Source: an uncultured Enterobacteriaceae bacterium
GTDB lineage: Bacteria > Pseudomonadota > Gammaproteobacteria > Burkholderiales > SG8-39
NCBI GenBank assembly: GCA_964461055.1
Contig: CAYWSG010000002.1
Span: 1,580 to 65,579 of the forward strand
DNA: 64,000 nt
Direction: 5' to 3'
Numbering within the stretch: the first letter of the stretch is position 1; each line of letters opens with the position of its first letter. Below the pieces are notes generated by a model that ran no database searches, was not told the DNA's origin, and saw only the letters and a list, made by a program, of their open reading frames with translations. The translations under genes and the position numbers were made by a program. Positions 9,996 through 20,099 of the stretch are shown piece by piece.

Positions 9996-10904
9996 ATGAG
10001 CGCCGAAGTGCCCGCCGAGCTCGGCGGCTTGCGCCTCGACCAGGCGCTCGTGCGCCTGTTTCCGCAATACTCGCGCAATCGCCTGCAGGCGTGGCTCAAG
10101 GCGGGGCACGTGCGCATCGAGGGCTTGGACGCCGCGCCGCTCGTTGCCAGGCGCGCCGTGGCAGGCGGCGAGCGGGTCGTGCTGGCGCCGCCCGCCGTGC
10201 CCTCGGCGGCCTCGCCGCAGGCGCAGCGCATGCGGCTCCGGATCGTGCACGAGGACGCGGCGCTCATCGTGATCGACAAGCCCGCAGGGCTCGTCGTGCA
10301 CCCGGGCGCCGGACAGCCCGATCGCACGCTCCTCAACGCGCTCCTCGCCCATGCGCCTTCGCTCGCCGGCGTGCCAAGGGCCGGCATCGTGCATCGCCTC
10401 GACAAGGACACGAGCGGCCTCCTGGTCGTGGCGAAGACGGTGAGCGCGCAGGCGAGCCTCGTGAAGCAGCTCGCCGATCGCACGATGCGCCGCGTCTACC
10501 TCGCGCTCGTGCAGGGCGATCCGCCGGCGAGCGGCGTGATCGACGCGCCGATCGGCCGCGACACGCGCGTGCGCACGCGCATGGCCGTGACGCACCGGGG
10601 CAAGCCCGCGCGCACTGCCTACCGGGTGCTCGAGCGCTTCGGCCATGCCGCGCTCGTCGAGTGCCGGCTCGAGACCGGCCGGACGCACCAGATCCGGGTG
10701 CATTTCCAGCACATCCGTCATCCGCTCGTAGGCGATACGGTGTACCGGCGTGGCACGCGCCACGGCGTGTCGTTCCCGCGGCAGGCTTTGCACGCGTGCG
10801 AGCTCGCGCTCGTGCATCCGCAGAGCGGCGAGCCCAGGCGCTGGCGCGCGGCGCCGCCGCGCGACTTCCGCCAGCTCCTCGAGCGGCTGCGGAGAGAGGC
10901 ATGA
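9996..10904 (+). CDS. rluD: 23S rRNA pseudouridine(1911/1915/1917) synthase RluD
   Basis: S4 domain (GLRLDQALVRLFPQYSRNRLQAWLKAGHVRIEG), catalytic HRLDKDTSGLLVVAKT, TGRTHQIRVH. Conservative start ATG 9996. Alternative ATG 9906 (30 aa longer) overlaps the bamD ATG head-to-head and is preceded by TAAACT-N7. Confidence 0.88.
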   Translation: MSAEVPAELGGLRLDQALVRLFPQYSRNRLQAWLKAGHVRIEGLDAAPLVARRAVAGGERVVLAPPAVPSAASPQAQRMRLRIVHEDAALIVIDKPAGLVVHPGAGQPDRTLLNALLAHAPSLAGVPRAGIVHRLDKDTSGLLVVAKTVSAQASLVKQLADRTMRRVYLALVQGDPPASGVIDAPIGRDTRVRTRMAVTHRGKPARTAYRVLERFGHAALVECRLETGRTHQIRVHFQHIRHPLVGDTVYRRGTRHGVSFPRQALHACELALVHPQSGEPRRWRAAPPRDFRQLLERLRREA

Positions 10905-11584
10905 GGCTCGAGCAGAGCGCGCTGCTGCGGCCGCAGTGGCCGGCGCCGAGCGCCGTCCAGGCGCTCATGACCACGCGCTCGGCGGGCGACATGGCGAGCG
11001 CGGAGGGCCGCGCCCGCCTCCGCGCGCTTCTTCCGGCCGAGCCGGCATGGCTTCGCCAGGTGCACGGCACGCGCGTCGTCGAAGCGGCGCCCGGCGGCGA
11101 GCTCCCCGAGGCCGACGCAGCGCTCACGCGGCGTCCCGGCGTCGTCTGCGCAGTGTTCGCCGCCGACTGCATGCCGGTGCTGCTCGCCGACCGGCACGGG
11201 ACCGTCGTCGCGGCCGCGCATGCGGGATGGCGGGGTCTCTGCGCCGGGGTCCTGGAAAGCACCGTGCAAGCGATGCAGCGCGAGCCCTCCGAGCTCGTCG
11301 CCTGGCTCGGTCCGGCCATCGGTCCCCAGGCCTACGAGGTGGGCGACGAGGTCCGCGCCGCCTTCGTCGCCCGCGAGGCTCGTGCGGCGCAGGCGTTCCG
11401 GCCGGGGCGGTCGGGCCACTGGTGGCTCGATCTCTACGCCGTCGCGCGCCAGCGGCTCGAGGCCCTCGGCGTGCGGCAGGTGCACGGAGGCGGCTTCTGC
11501 ACGTATTCGGATGCGGCGCGCTTTTTCTCCTTCCGGCGCGAGCGTACGCGCTCGCGCATGGCGGCACTCGTGTGGCTCACGTAG
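10901..11584 (+). CDS. pgeF: Peptidoglycan editing factor PgeF (YfiH, polyphenol oxidase/laccase-domain family)
   Basis: ATG 10901 overlaps the rluD stop (ATGA). Motifs LRQVHGTRVV, ADCMPVLLAD, AAAHAGWRG, CTYSD...FFSFRR. bamD/rluD/yfiH synteny. Confidence 0.9.
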   Translation: MRLEQSALLRPQWPAPSAVQALMTTRSAGDMASAEGRARLRALLPAEPAWLRQVHGTRVVEAAPGGELPEADAALTRRPGVVCAVFAADCMPVLLADRHGTVVAAAHAGWRGLCAGVLESTVQAMQREPSELVAWLGPAIGPQAYEVGDEVRAAFVAREARAAQAFRPGRSGHWWLDLYAVARQRLEALGVRQVHGGGFCTYSDAARFFSFRRERTRSRMAALVWLT

Positions 11585-11587
11585 AAT
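11582..11587 (+). promoter_or_regulatory. -10-like hexamer TAGAAT, 10 nt upstream of the ZIP transporter ATG 11598
   Basis: TAGAATCGCCCGCCCC-ATG. No SD. The 12-mer TAGAATCGCCCG is identical to the one before surE. Confidence 0.4.
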
Positions 11588-11597
11588 CGCCCGCCCC

Positions 11598-12398
11598 ATG
11601 ACCCTCGGCTGGATCCTTGCCGCAAGCGTGGCGGGCGGCACCCTGTCCGCCGGCATGGCCGCCGTCGCGCTCGCCATCCGCATCGCCTGGGTGCCGATGC
11701 TCGTGTCGTTCGCCATCGGCGCGCTGCTCGGCGCGGCCTTTCTCGAGGTCATCCCGCACGCTTTCGAGAAGGGCGACCCGCACAGCGTCGCCCTCACCAT
11801 CCTCGCCGGCATCTTCGTCTTCTTTCTCCTCGAGAAGCTGCTCCTCTGGCGCCATTGCCACGCCGAGGAATGCGAAGTGCACGACCCGGGCGCGGCGCTC
11901 GCGCGCGAGGCCCACGCCCACGCAGGCCATGAAGCGGGCCACGATCACGGGCGCAGCGGCGCACTCATCATCGTCGGCGATACGGTGCACAACTTCGTCG
12001 ACGGCGTGCTCATCGCCGCGGCGTTCCTGCAGAGCATCGAGCTCGGCATCGTGACCGCGGTGGCCATCATCGCGCACGAGATCCCGCAGGAAATGGGCGA
12101 TTTCCTGATCCTGCTGCACTCGGGCTACTCGAGGGCGAGGGCGCTCGCCATGAACGTCCTCTCCTCGGCCGCGACGCTCGTGGGCGGGGTCGTGGGCTAC
12201 TACGCCCTGCACGTCCTGCTCGACATCGAGGCGACGCTGCTCGGCATCGTGGCGGCCAGCATGATCTACGTGGCCGTGGCCGACCTCATCCCCGGGCTGC
12301 ACCGGCGCCCGGAGCTCAAGGACACGGCCATGCAGGGCCTGCTCATCGCGCTCGGCATCGGCATGATCGCGCTCGTGGGGGCGCTGGTGCGCCACTAG
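11598..12398 (+). CDS. ZIP family divalent-metal transporter (BbZIP-like)
   Basis: 8-TM protein with His/Cys-rich loop (WRHCHAEECEVHD...HAHAGHEAGHDHG) and the metal-site motifs HNFVDGV and HEIPQEMGDF. Confidence 0.85.
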   Translation: MTLGWILAASVAGGTLSAGMAAVALAIRIAWVPMLVSFAIGALLGAAFLEVIPHAFEKGDPHSVALTILAGIFVFFLLEKLLLWRHCHAEECEVHDPGAALAREAHAHAGHEAGHDHGRSGALIIVGDTVHNFVDGVLIAAAFLQSIELGIVTAVAIIAHEIPQEMGDFLILLHSGYSRARALAMNVLSSAATLVGGVVGYYALHVLLDIEATLLGIVAASMIYVAVADLIPGLHRRPELKDTAMQGLLIALGIGMIALVGALVRH

Positions 12399-12405
12399 GG
12401 GCGGA

Positions 12406-12435
12406 TTGACGCTGGGGGTTTGTGCGGCGCAAAAT
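12406..12435 (+). promoter_or_regulatory. Promoter-like element in front of phaC
   Basis: TTGACG (12406-12411), 18-nt spacer, CAAAAT (12430-12435), then 8 nt (CGCGCGCG) to ATG 12444. Confidence 0.45.
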
Positions 12436-12443
12436 CGCGCGCG

Positions 12444-14147
12444 ATGCAACAAGGCACCCCCGAGGCCTTGCTCGCCACGATCGCCGAGTCCGGCAATGAA
12501 GTCTCGCAGGGCTGGATGCGCCTCATGGCGGCTGCCACCGACGCCGCGCCTGCCTGGCTCTCCCAGCTCGAGGCTGGCACTGCGCGGCGGGCGGAGTATT
12601 TCCGGCGGCAGACGCGCCTCTGGACTGCGATGGTGGAGGGTCGCCGGGAAAGCATCGTCGAGCCCGCGCGCGGCGATCGCCGCTTCGCCGCACCCGCCTG
12701 GCGCGAGAACGCCTACTACGACTACCTGAGGCAGTCCTATCTCCTGGCCGTGCAGTACGTGGAAGGGCTCGTCGAGGAGGCGTGCCTGCCGCCGCTCGCC
12801 AAGGAGCGCGCGCGCTTTGCGGTGCGCCAGTGGCTGGACGCGGTGTGTCCGGCCAATTTCGCGGCGACCAACCCGCTCGCCGTGCAGGAGGCGATGGCGA
12901 CGAACGGGGAGAGCCTTGCCAGGGGGCTCGCGCACCTTCTCGAGGATGCCCGCCGGGGCCGCATCAGCCAGAGCGACGAGACGGGCTTCGAGATCGGCCG
13001 CAACCTCGCGACCACGCCGGGGCACGTGGTCTTCGAGAACGAGCTCATCCAGCTCATCCAGTACGCGCCGACGACCGAGCGGGTCGCCGAGCGGCCGCTC
13101 GTCATGGTCCCGCCCTGCATCAACAAGTACTACATCCTCGACCTCGCGCCGGAGCGCTCGCTCGTGCGCCACGCCATCGGCGAGGGGCACACGGTGTTCA
13201 TGGTTTCCTGGCGCAACGTCGGCCCGGAGCAGTCGACGCTCACCTGGGACGACTACCTGGAGTCGGGCGTCATCGCGGCGCTGCGCGCGGCGCGCGACAT
13301 CTCGGGCGCCGACCAGGTGAACGCGCTCGGCTTCTGCGTCGGCGGCACGCTGCTCGGCGCGGCGCTCGCCGTCCTCGCGGCGCGCGAGGAGCCGCTCGTG
13401 TCCTCGGCCACGTTCCTCGCCGCCATGCACGACTTCCGCGACACCGGGCAGATCGGCCTTTTCATCGACGAGGCGAGCGTCGCCGCCCGCGAGGCGACGA
13501 TCGGCCGCGGCGGCATCCTGCCGGGCTCCGACCTCGCCTTCGTCTTCTCGAGCCTGCGCGCGAACGATCTCGTCTGGCCCTACGTGGTCAACAACTACCT
13601 GCTCGGCGGCCGTCCCGACGCGTTCGACCTTCTCTACTGGAACGCCGATAGCACGAACCTCCCCGGGCCGATGTATTGCTACTACCTGCGCAATACCTAC
13701 CTGGAGAACAAGCTTCGGATCCCGGGCGCGCTCGTGAGCTGCGGCGTGCCGGTGGACCTCGGCAGGATCGAGGTCCCGCTCTTCATTCTCGCCACGCGCG
13801 AAGACCACATCGTGCCCTGGCGCTCCGCCTACCGGACGGTGCACCTCATGGGCGGCGAGAAGACGTTCGTGCTCGGCGCGAGCGGCCACGTGGCCGGGGT
13901 CGTCAACCCGCCGGCGGCGAAGCGGCGCAGCTACTGGACGGGCGAGGCGTACCCGGAGGACCCCGACGCCTGGCTGCAGGCGGCGACCGAGACGCGCGGC
14001 AGCTGGTGGCCCCGCTGGACCGGGTGGCTCGCCCGGCAGGGCGGCGGCGAGCGCCGGGCACCTGCCGCGCCGGGAACTGTCCAATATCCAGCGATCGAGC
14101 CCGCGCCCGGTCGCTACGTCAAGCAGCGCATCCAACCGACGCACTGA
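12444..14147 (+). CDS. phaC: Class I poly(3-hydroxyalkanoate) synthase PhaC
   Basis: About 567 aa. Lipase-box-like GFCVGG with catalytic Cys, [12 protein letters not shown], conserved NADSTNLPG and [12 protein letters not shown]. Followed by phaA and phaB. ATG 12444 preferred over TTG 12420 (promoter-like TTGACG-N18-CAAAAT-N8-ATG). Confidence 0.93.
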   Translation: MQQGTPEALLATIAESGNEVSQGWMRLMAAATDAAPAWLSQLEAGTARRAEYFRRQTRLWTAMVEGRRESIVEPARGDRRFAAPAWRENAYYDYLRQSYLLAVQYVEGLVEEACLPPLAKERARFAVRQWLDAVCPANFAATNPLAVQEAMATNGESLARGLAHLLEDARRGRISQSDETGFEIGRNLATTPGHVVFENELIQLIQYAPTTERVAERPLVMVPPCINKYYILDLAPERSLVRHAIGEGHTVFMVSWRNVGPEQSTLTWDDYLESGVIAALRAARDISGADQVNALGFCVGGTLLGAALAVLAAREEPLVSSATFLAAMHDFRDTGQIGLFIDEASVAAREATIGRGGILPGSDLAFVFSSLRANDLVWPYVVNNYLLGGRPDAFDLLYWNADSTNLPGPMYCYYLRNTYLENKLRIPGALVSCGVPVDLGRIEVPLFILATREDHIVPWRSAYRTVHLMGGEKTFVLGASGHVAGVVNPPAAKRRSYWTGEAYPEDPDAWLQAATETRGSWWPRWTGWLARQGGGERRAPAAPGTVQYPAIEPAPGRYVKQRIQPTH

Positions 14148-14164
14148 TTCGAGAAAGGCCCACC

Positions 14165-15340
14165 ATGGAAGAGATCGTCATTGTCGGCGCGGCGCGCACG
14201 CCGATCGGAAAGTTCGGCGGCACGCTGGCGAAGACGCCCGCCGCGCAGCTCGGCGCGCTCGCCATCCGCAGCGCGCTCGAGCGTGCCCGCGTCGTCCCCG
14301 AGCAGGTGTCCGAAGTGATCATGGGCCAGGTCCTCACGGCCGGCGTCGGGCAGAATCCGGCCCGCCAGGCCGCCATGAAGGCGGGGCTCCCCGACATGGT
14401 CCCGGCCATGACGATCAACAAGGTCTGCGGCTCGGGCCTGAAGGCGGCGATGCTCGGCGCGCAGTCCATCGCGAACGGCGACGCCGACGTGGTCGTCGCC
14501 GGCGGCCAGGAGTCGATGAGCCTCGCGCCGCATGCGCTCATGGGCTCGCGCGAGGGCTTCCGCATGGGCGACGCCACCATGGTCGACACCATGATCGTGG
14601 ACGGCCTGTGGGACGTGTACAACCAGTACCACATGGGCGTGACCGCCGAGAACGTCGCCAGGGAGTACGCGGTGACGCGCGAGGAGCAGGACGCGTTCGC
14701 CGTCGCGAGCCAGAACAAGGCCGAAGCCGCGCAGAAGGCCGGCCGCTTCAAGGACGAGATCGTGCCGGTGGAGATCGCCTCCCGAAAAGGCACCGTGACC
14801 TTCGCCGACGACGAGTACCCGCGCCACGGTGCGACGCTCGAGGCGCTGCGCACGCTGAAGCCCGCGTTCGACAAGAATGGCACCGTGACCGCCGGCAACG
14901 CCTCGGGCATCAACGACGGCGCGGCGGCGGTCGTGCTGTGCTCTGCGAGAAAGGCGAAGGAGCTCGGCGTGAAGCCCCTCGCGCGCATCAAGGCGTTCGC
15001 CTCGGCGGGGGTCGATCCGCGGTACATGGGCATGGGGCCGGTGCCCGCCTCGAAGCGCTGTCTCGCGAGGGCGGGCTGGGAGCCGAAGGACCTCGAGCTC
15101 ATGGAGATCAACGAGGCGTTCGCGGCGCAGGCGATCGCCGTCAACCGCCAGATGGGCTGGGATACCGCGCGCGTGAACGTGAACGGTGGCGCCATCGCGC
15201 TCGGCCATCCGATCGGCGCCTCGGGCTGCCGGGTCCTCGTGACGCTGCTCTACGAGATGCAGAAGCGGGACGCGAAGCGCGGGCTCGCATCGCTTTGCAT
15301 CGGCGGCGGGATGGGGGTCGCCATGGCGATCGAGCGCTAG
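14165..15340 (+). CDS. phaA: Acetyl-CoA acetyltransferase (beta-ketothiolase) PhaA
   Basis: [19 protein letters not shown]..., active-site [11 protein letters not shown]-terminal [19 protein letters not shown] and CIGGGMGVA. Confidence 0.93.
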   Translation: MEEIVIVGAARTPIGKFGGTLAKTPAAQLGALAIRSALERARVVPEQVSEVIMGQVLTAGVGQNPARQAAMKAGLPDMVPAMTINKVCGSGLKAAMLGAQSIANGDADVVVAGGQESMSLAPHALMGSREGFRMGDATMVDTMIVDGLWDVYNQYHMGVTAENVAREYAVTREEQDAFAVASQNKAEAAQKAGRFKDEIVPVEIASRKGTVTFADDEYPRHGATLEALRTLKPAFDKNGTVTAGNASGINDGAAAVVLCSARKAKELGVKPLARIKAFASAGVDPRYMGMGPVPASKRCLARAGWEPKDLELMEINEAFAAQAIAVNRQMGWDTARVNVNGGAIALGHPIGASGCRVLVTLLYEMQKRDAKRGLASLCIGGGMGVAMAIER

Positions 15341-15347
15341 CGGGAGC

Positions 15348-16157
15348 ATGAACGACATGGGGAATCAGGCGGACCTGGCCGAGCGGCCGCAGACCTGGCG
15401 GGAGGAGGCCACCCCGGCCGTCTCGCGCATCGCGTTCGTCTCCGGCGGCATGGGCGGCATCGGCACGGCGATCTGCCGGCGCCTCGGCCGCGCCGGGCAT
15501 ACGGTAGTGGCGGGGTGCCTTCCGGGCTACGAGCGCAAGGCCGACTGGCTTGCCGGCATGCGCGCCGAGGGCTACCGAGTCCACGCGGCCGAGGGCGACG
15601 TCTCGAGCTTCGAGTCGTGCAAGGCGATGTTCCGCGAGCTGCGCGCGACGGTCGGCCCGGTCGACATCCTGGTGAACAATGCCGGCATCACGCGCGACGC
15701 GGTCCTGCGCCGCATGAGCGAGGAGGACTGGGCGGCGGTCATCAACACCAACCTGAACAGCGTCTTCAACGTCACCCGCCAGGTGATCGAGGGCATGAGC
15801 GAGCGCGGCTGGGGCCGCGTCATCAACATTTCCTCGGTGAACGCGATCAAGGGGCAGTTCGGTCAGACGAACTATTCCGCCGCCAAGGCGGGAATGGCCG
15901 GGTTCTCCAAGGCGTTGGCGCAGGAGGTGGTGCGAAAGGGAATTACGGTGAACACCGTATCGCCAGGCTACGTGGAGACCGACATGGTCATGGCCATCCG
16001 CCCGGATGTCCGCGAGCAGATCATCGCCTCGATTCCCATGGGCAGGCTCGCGAAGCCGCAGGAAATCGCCGCCGTGGTGGCCTTCCTCGCCTCGGAGGAG
16101 GCCGGCTACATCACCGGCGCGAACATCTCGGTCAATGGCGGCATGCACATGATGTAG
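15348..16157 (+). CDS. phaB: Acetoacetyl-CoA reductase PhaB, paralog 1 (about 25-aa N-terminal extension)
   Basis: SDR motifs VSGGMGGIGTAI, NNAGITRD, SSVNAIKGQFGQTNYSAAKAG, PGYVETDM. Confidence 0.9.
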   Translation: MNDMGNQADLAERPQTWREEATPAVSRIAFVSGGMGGIGTAICRRLGRAGHTVVAGCLPGYERKADWLAGMRAEGYRVHAAEGDVSSFESCKAMFRELRATVGPVDILVNNAGITRDAVLRRMSEEDWAAVINTNLNSVFNVTRQVIEGMSERGWGRVINISSVNAIKGQFGQTNYSAAKAGMAGFSKALAQEVVRKGITVNTVSPGYVETDMVMAIRPDVREQIIASIPMGRLAKPQEIAAVVAFLASEEAGYITGANISVNGGMHMM

Positions 16158-16170
16158 ACTGGACCGCGGA

Positions 16171-16191
16171 CGCCGCGCGAGAGGCGCGGCG
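16171..16191 (+). other. GC-rich hairpin between phaB paralogs
   Basis: CGCCGCGC-GAGAG-GCGCGGCG: 8-bp perfect stem with a 5-nt loop. No downstream U-tract, so not a canonical intrinsic terminator. Confidence 0.3.
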
Positions 16192-16233
16192 CGAGGAGCG
16201 GCAGAGGCGCGAACGAGGCTCTGAGGAGGCGGG

Positions 16234-16980
16234 ATGGCGGAGAAGAGGCTGGCCGTCGTGACCGGCGGCATGGGCGGGCTCGGCGAGGAGATCTCGACGC
16301 GGATGGCCGACGCGGGGTACCGCGTGGCCGTCACGTACTCGCCGTCCAACACCAAGTACAAGTCCTGGCTCGAGCAGATGAAGGGGCGGGGCTACGCCTT
16401 CTCCGCCTTTCCCGTCGACGTCGCCGACTACGACGACTGCGCGGCCAAGATGACGGCCATCCAGAAGGAATGCGGCCCGGTCGACATCCTTGTGAACAAC
16501 GCGGGCATTACCCGCGACATGACGTTCAAGAAGATGACCAAGGCCGATTGGGACGCCGTCATGCGCACCAATCTCGATTCCTGCTTCAACATGACGAAGC
16601 AGGTGATGGACGGCATGGTCGAGCGCGGCTGGGGCCGGGTCATCAACGTCTCGTCGGTGAACGGGCAGAAGGGGGCTTTCGGCCAGACGAACTACTCCGC
16701 GGCGAAGGCGGGCATCCACGGCTTCACGAAGGCGCTCGCCCTCGAGGTGGCGAAGAAGGGGGTCACCGTCAATACCATCTCGCCCGGGTATATCGGGACC
16801 AAGATGGTCACCGCCATCCCCAAGGACATCCTGGATTCCAAGATCCTGCCCCAGATCCCGGTGGGGCGGCTGGGCAAGCCCGAGGAGGTGGCCGGCCTCA
16901 TCATCTACCTGTGCTCCGAGGAGGCGGCGTTCGTCACCGGCGCCAATATCTCCATCAACGGCGGCCAGCACATGTATTAA
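16234..16980 (+). CDS. phaB: Acetoacetyl-CoA reductase PhaB, paralog 2
   Basis: 248 aa. VTGGMGGLGEEI, NNAGITRD, SSVNGQKGAFGQTNYSAAKAG, PGYIGTKM. SD GAGGAGG upstream. Confidence 0.92.
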   Translation: MAEKRLAVVTGGMGGLGEEISTRMADAGYRVAVTYSPSNTKYKSWLEQMKGRGYAFSAFPVDVADYDDCAAKMTAIQKECGPVDILVNNAGITRDMTFKKMTKADWDAVMRTNLDSCFNMTKQVMDGMVERGWGRVINVSSVNGQKGAFGQTNYSAAKAGIHGFTKALALEVAKKGVTVNTISPGYIGTKMVTAIPKDILDSKILPQIPVGRLGKPEEVAGLIIYLCSEEAAFVTGANISINGGQHMY

Positions 16981-16984
16981 GGAG

Positions 16985-16990
16985 TAGACT
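16985..16990 (+). promoter_or_regulatory. -10-like hexamer TAGACT, 7 nt upstream of phaR ATG 16998 (ambiguous: AAGGAG also present at 16979-16984)
   Basis: AAGGAG-TAGACT-GCGCGCC-ATG. The same GTAGACTG string follows phaB1 at 16154-16161. Confidence 0.25.
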
Positions 16991-16997
16991 GCGCGCC

Positions 16998-17612
16998 ATG
17001 GCTTCCTCTCCGCAGGAGTCCCCCCGCGAGCCGCGGGCCGAAAGCCCGGCCAGGCTCATCAAGAAGTACCCCAACCGGCGGCTCTACGACACCAAGACGT
17101 CGAGCTACATCACGCTCGCCGACGTGAAGCAGATGGTGCACCGGCACGAGGACTTCCACGTCGTCGATGCGAAAAGCGGCGAGGACCTCACGCGCGCGAT
17201 CCTGCTGCAGATCATCCTCGAGGAGGAGTCGACGGGCGGGCTGCCCATGTTCTCGAGCGACCTGCTCGCCCAGCTCATCCGCTTCTACGGCAACGCCATG
17301 CAGGGCGTCATGGGGGCGTACCTCGAGAAGAACATCCAGGCGTTCCAGGAGATGCAGAAGACGCTGCAGGAGCAGTCGCAGCGCATGTACGGCGACAACT
17401 CGCGCGCCTCGCAGGACCTCTGGGCGCAGTTCATGAACCTGCAGGGACCGGCCATGCAGAGCCTCATGCAGGCCTACGTCGAGCAGAGCCAGAAGATGTT
17501 CGCCCAGTTCCAGGACCAGATGCAGAGCCAGGCGCGCAACATGTTCACCGGCTTCAACTTCCCCGGCTTCCCCGCCGGCTCGCAGGACAAGAAAGACCCT
17601 GAGAAGCGGTAA
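16998..17612 (+). CDS. phaR: Polyhydroxyalkanoate synthesis repressor PhaR
   Basis: [28 protein letters not shown]...[21 protein letters not shown] (PHB/PHA accumulation regulator DNA-binding domain), then a Gln/Met-rich C-terminal domain. Confidence 0.92.
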   Translation: MASSPQESPREPRAESPARLIKKYPNRRLYDTKTSSYITLADVKQMVHRHEDFHVVDAKSGEDLTRAILLQIILEEESTGGLPMFSSDLLAQLIRFYGNAMQGVMGAYLEKNIQAFQEMQKTLQEQSQRMYGDNSRASQDLWAQFMNLQGPAMQSLMQAYVEQSQKMFAQFQDQMQSQARNMFTGFNFPGFPAGSQDKKDPEKR

Positions 17613-18918
17613 GAGCCCCAAGATCGGCTTCGTCTCGCTGGGCTGCCCGAAGGCGCTGGTCGACTCCGAGCGCATCCTCACCCAGCTGCGCGCCGAGGGC
17701 TACGCCACGGCGCCGGACTACGCGGGCGCCGATCTCGTCATCGTCAACACCTGCGGCTTCATCGATGCGGCGGTGGAGGAGTCGCTCGAGGCGATCGGCG
17801 AGGCCGTCGCGGAGAACGGCAAGGTCGTCGTCACCGGATGCCTGGGCACCCGGTCCGGATTCATCCGCTCGAAGCACCCGGCCGTCCTCGCCGTCACCGG
17901 GCCGCACGACACGCCGGGCGTCATGAAGGCGGTGCACGAGCACCTGCCGCGCGCGCACGATCCGTACACCGATCTCGTTCCCGCGCCTTCCGAAGTCGGC
18001 GTCAAGCTGACGCCGAGGCACTACGCGTACCTGAAGATCTCGGAAGGCTGCAACCACCGCTGCACGTTCTGCATCATCCCGTCGATGCGCGGCGACCTCG
18101 TCTCGCGGCCGATCGGCGAAGTGGTGCAGGAGGCCGAGAACCTGGTGAAGGCGGGCGTGAAGGAGCTCCTCGTCATCTCGCAGGACACGAGCGCCTACGG
18201 CGTGGACGTCAAGTACCGCACCGGCTTCGTGCGCGGCCGCCCGACGAAGACGCGCCTGACCGAGCTCTGCCGGGCGCTCGGCGAGCTCGGCGCCTGGGTG
18301 CGGCTGCACTACGTGTATCCGTACCCGCACGTCGACGAGGTGATTCCGCTCATGGCGGAAGGCCGGATCCTTCCCTACCTCGACATCCCGTTCCAGCACG
18401 CGAGCCCGCGCATCCTGCGGCTGATGAAGCGCCCGGCGAGCGCGGAGAAAGTGCTGCAGCGGCTGGAGGCGTGGCGGTCGGCCTGCCCGGAAATCACGGT
18501 GAGGAGCACTTTCATCGTCGGATTCCCGGGCGAGACCGAAGCGGAGTTCGAGGAGCTTCTGCAGTTCCTGGAGGAGGCCGAGCTCGACCGGGTCGGCTGC
18601 TTCGCCTACTCGCCGGTCGAGGGCGCCGCCGCCAACACGCTCCCCGACCCGGTACCCGAGGCAGTGAAGGAAGAGCGCCGCGCCCGCTTCATGGAGAAGC
18701 AGGCGGCTATTTCGGCACGGAAGCTCCAGCGCAAGGTCGGCCGGCGCCTGCGCGTGCTGGTCGATGCGCCCGGCGTCGGAAGGACCGCCGCGGATGCGCC
18801 GGAAATCGACGGCGTGGTGCGCTTCAAGGGCGCCCGCGGCGCGGTCCGTCCGGGCGATCTCGCCGAGGTCCTGATCGAGCGCGCCGACGCGCACGATCTT
18901 TACGGGAGACTGACATGA
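17599..18918 (+). CDS. rimO: Ribosomal protein S12 methylthiotransferase RimO (start codon unresolved; no ATG/GTG/TTG available)
   Basis: [29 protein letters not shown]...[10 protein letters not shown]...VVVTGCLG (MTTase N-domain Cys triad), radical-SAM CNHRCTFC, C-terminal TRAM domain. 5' limit set at near-cognate CTG 17599. The track ORF from GTG 17773 would delete the conserved N-domain. Confidence 0.85.
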   Translation: MRSGKSPKIGFVSLGCPKALVDSERILTQLRAEGYATAPDYAGADLVIVNTCGFIDAAVEESLEAIGEAVAENGKVVVTGCLGTRSGFIRSKHPAVLAVTGPHDTPGVMKAVHEHLPRAHDPYTDLVPAPSEVGVKLTPRHYAYLKISEGCNHRCTFCIIPSMRGDLVSRPIGEVVQEAENLVKAGVKELLVISQDTSAYGVDVKYRTGFVRGRPTKTRLTELCRALGELGAWVRLHYVYPYPHVDEVIPLMAEGRILPYLDIPFQHASPRILRLMKRPASAEKVLQRLEAWRSACPEITVRSTFIVGFPGETEAEFEELLQFLEEAELDRVGCFAYSPVEGAAANTLPDPVPEAVKEERRARFMEKQAAISARKLQRKVGRRLRVLVDAPGVGRTAADAPEIDGVVRFKGARGAVRPGDLAEVLIERADAHDLYGRLT

Positions 18919-20099
18919 GCACTCGCGAAGTGGTGGTGGTTTCAGGCGTACGCACGCCCATCGGCGGCTATGGCGGGTCGCTGAAGGACTTTCCGGCGAC
19001 CCGGCTGGGCGCCCTGGCGATCCGCGAGGCGGTGGCCCGCGCGAAAGTCGAGCCGGCCGCCGTAGGCCACGTGGTCATGGGCAGCGTGATCCATGGCGAG
19101 GCGCGCGACATGTATCTCTCGCGGGTCGCCGCGGTCGACGCGGGGCTGCCGGTCGGCACGCCGTGCCTCACGGTGAACCGGCTCTGCGGCTCGGGCCTGC
19201 AGGCGATCGTGTCCGCCGCGCAGCACCTCATGCTGGGCGATTGCGAGCTCGCCGTGGCGGGCGGCGCCGAGAGCATGAGCCGCGCCGCGTACTTCCTTCC
19301 GGCGGGCCGCTGGGGCCAGCGCATGGGCGATGCGCCTGTCGTGGACGCGATGACGGGCGCGCTGCACGATCCTTTCGGTTACGGCCACATGGGCGTGACG
19401 GCCGAGAACATCGCGGCGAAGTACGGCTTCACGCGCGAGCAGCAGGACGAGTTCGCCCTGCAGTCGCACCTCAAGGCGGCCAACGCGATCGCGAAGGGGC
19501 ATTTCAGCTCGCAGATCGTCCCGGTCGAAATCAGGAGCCGCAAGGGCGTCGAGACCTTCGCCACGGACGAGCACGTCCGCAAGGACGTGAAGCTCGAGGA
19601 CATGGCGAAGCTCAAGCCCGTCTTCAAGAAGGACGGCACCGTGACCGCGGGCAACGCCTCCGGCATCAACGATGCGGCCGCCGCCGTGGTGCTCATGGAA
19701 CGCAAGGCCTGCGAGAAGGCCGGGCTCAAGCCGATGGCGAGGCTCGTCGCCTACGCCCACGCCGGTGTCGAGCCGCAACTCATGGGGCTCGGGCCCATTC
19801 CCGCGGTGCGCCGCGTGTTCGAGAAATCGGGCCTCAAGCCCGCCGACATGGACGTCGTGGAATCGAACGAGGCCTTTGCCGTGCAGGCCATGGCGGTGAC
19901 GAAGGACCTCGGCCTCGATCCGGCGCGCGTCAACCCGAACGGCGGCGCCGTGGCGCTCGGCCATCCCGTGGGCGCGACCGGCTGCATCCTCACGGTCAAG
20001 GCGCTGCACGAGCTCGAGCGCACCGGCAAGCGCCGTGCGCTCGTCACCATGTGCATCGGCGGCGGGCAGGGCATCGCCGCCATCTTCGAGCGCGCTTGA
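18915..20099 (+). CDS. Acetyl-CoA C-acyltransferase (second beta-ketothiolase, BktB-like)
   Basis: ATG 18915 overlaps the rimO stop (ATGA). [58 protein letters not shown]. Confidence 0.9.
   Translation: MSTREVVVVSGVRTPIGGYGGSLKDFPATRLGALAIREAVARAKVEPAAVGHVVMGSVIHGEARDMYLSRVAAVDAGLPVGTPCLTVNRLCGSGLQAIVSAAQHLMLGDCELAVAGGAESMSRAAYFLPAGRWGQRMGDAPVVDAMTGALHDPFGYGHMGVTAENIAAKYGFTREQQDEFALQSHLKAANAIAKGHFSSQIVPVEIRSRKGVETFATDEHVRKDVKLEDMAKLKPVFKKDGTVTAGNASGINDAAAAVVLMERKACEKAGLKPMARLVAYAHAGVEPQLMGLGPIPAVRRVFEKSGLKPADMDVVESNEAFAVQAMAVTKDLGLDPARVNPNGGAVALGHPVGATGCILTVKALHELERTGKRRALVTMCIGGGQGIAAIFERA

Noticed and set aside
17599-17625. Possible +1 frameshift at the phaR stop (CGG-T-AAG) fusing PhaR to RimO, by analogy with prfB
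   Set aside because: The frames are compatible (phaR frame +1 equals the rimO frame). However, there is no slippery P-site codon (CGG cannot re-pair on GGU) and no upstream SD-like stimulator. A PhaR-RimO fusion has no functional rationale. A non-canonical start or reinitiation is more plausible.
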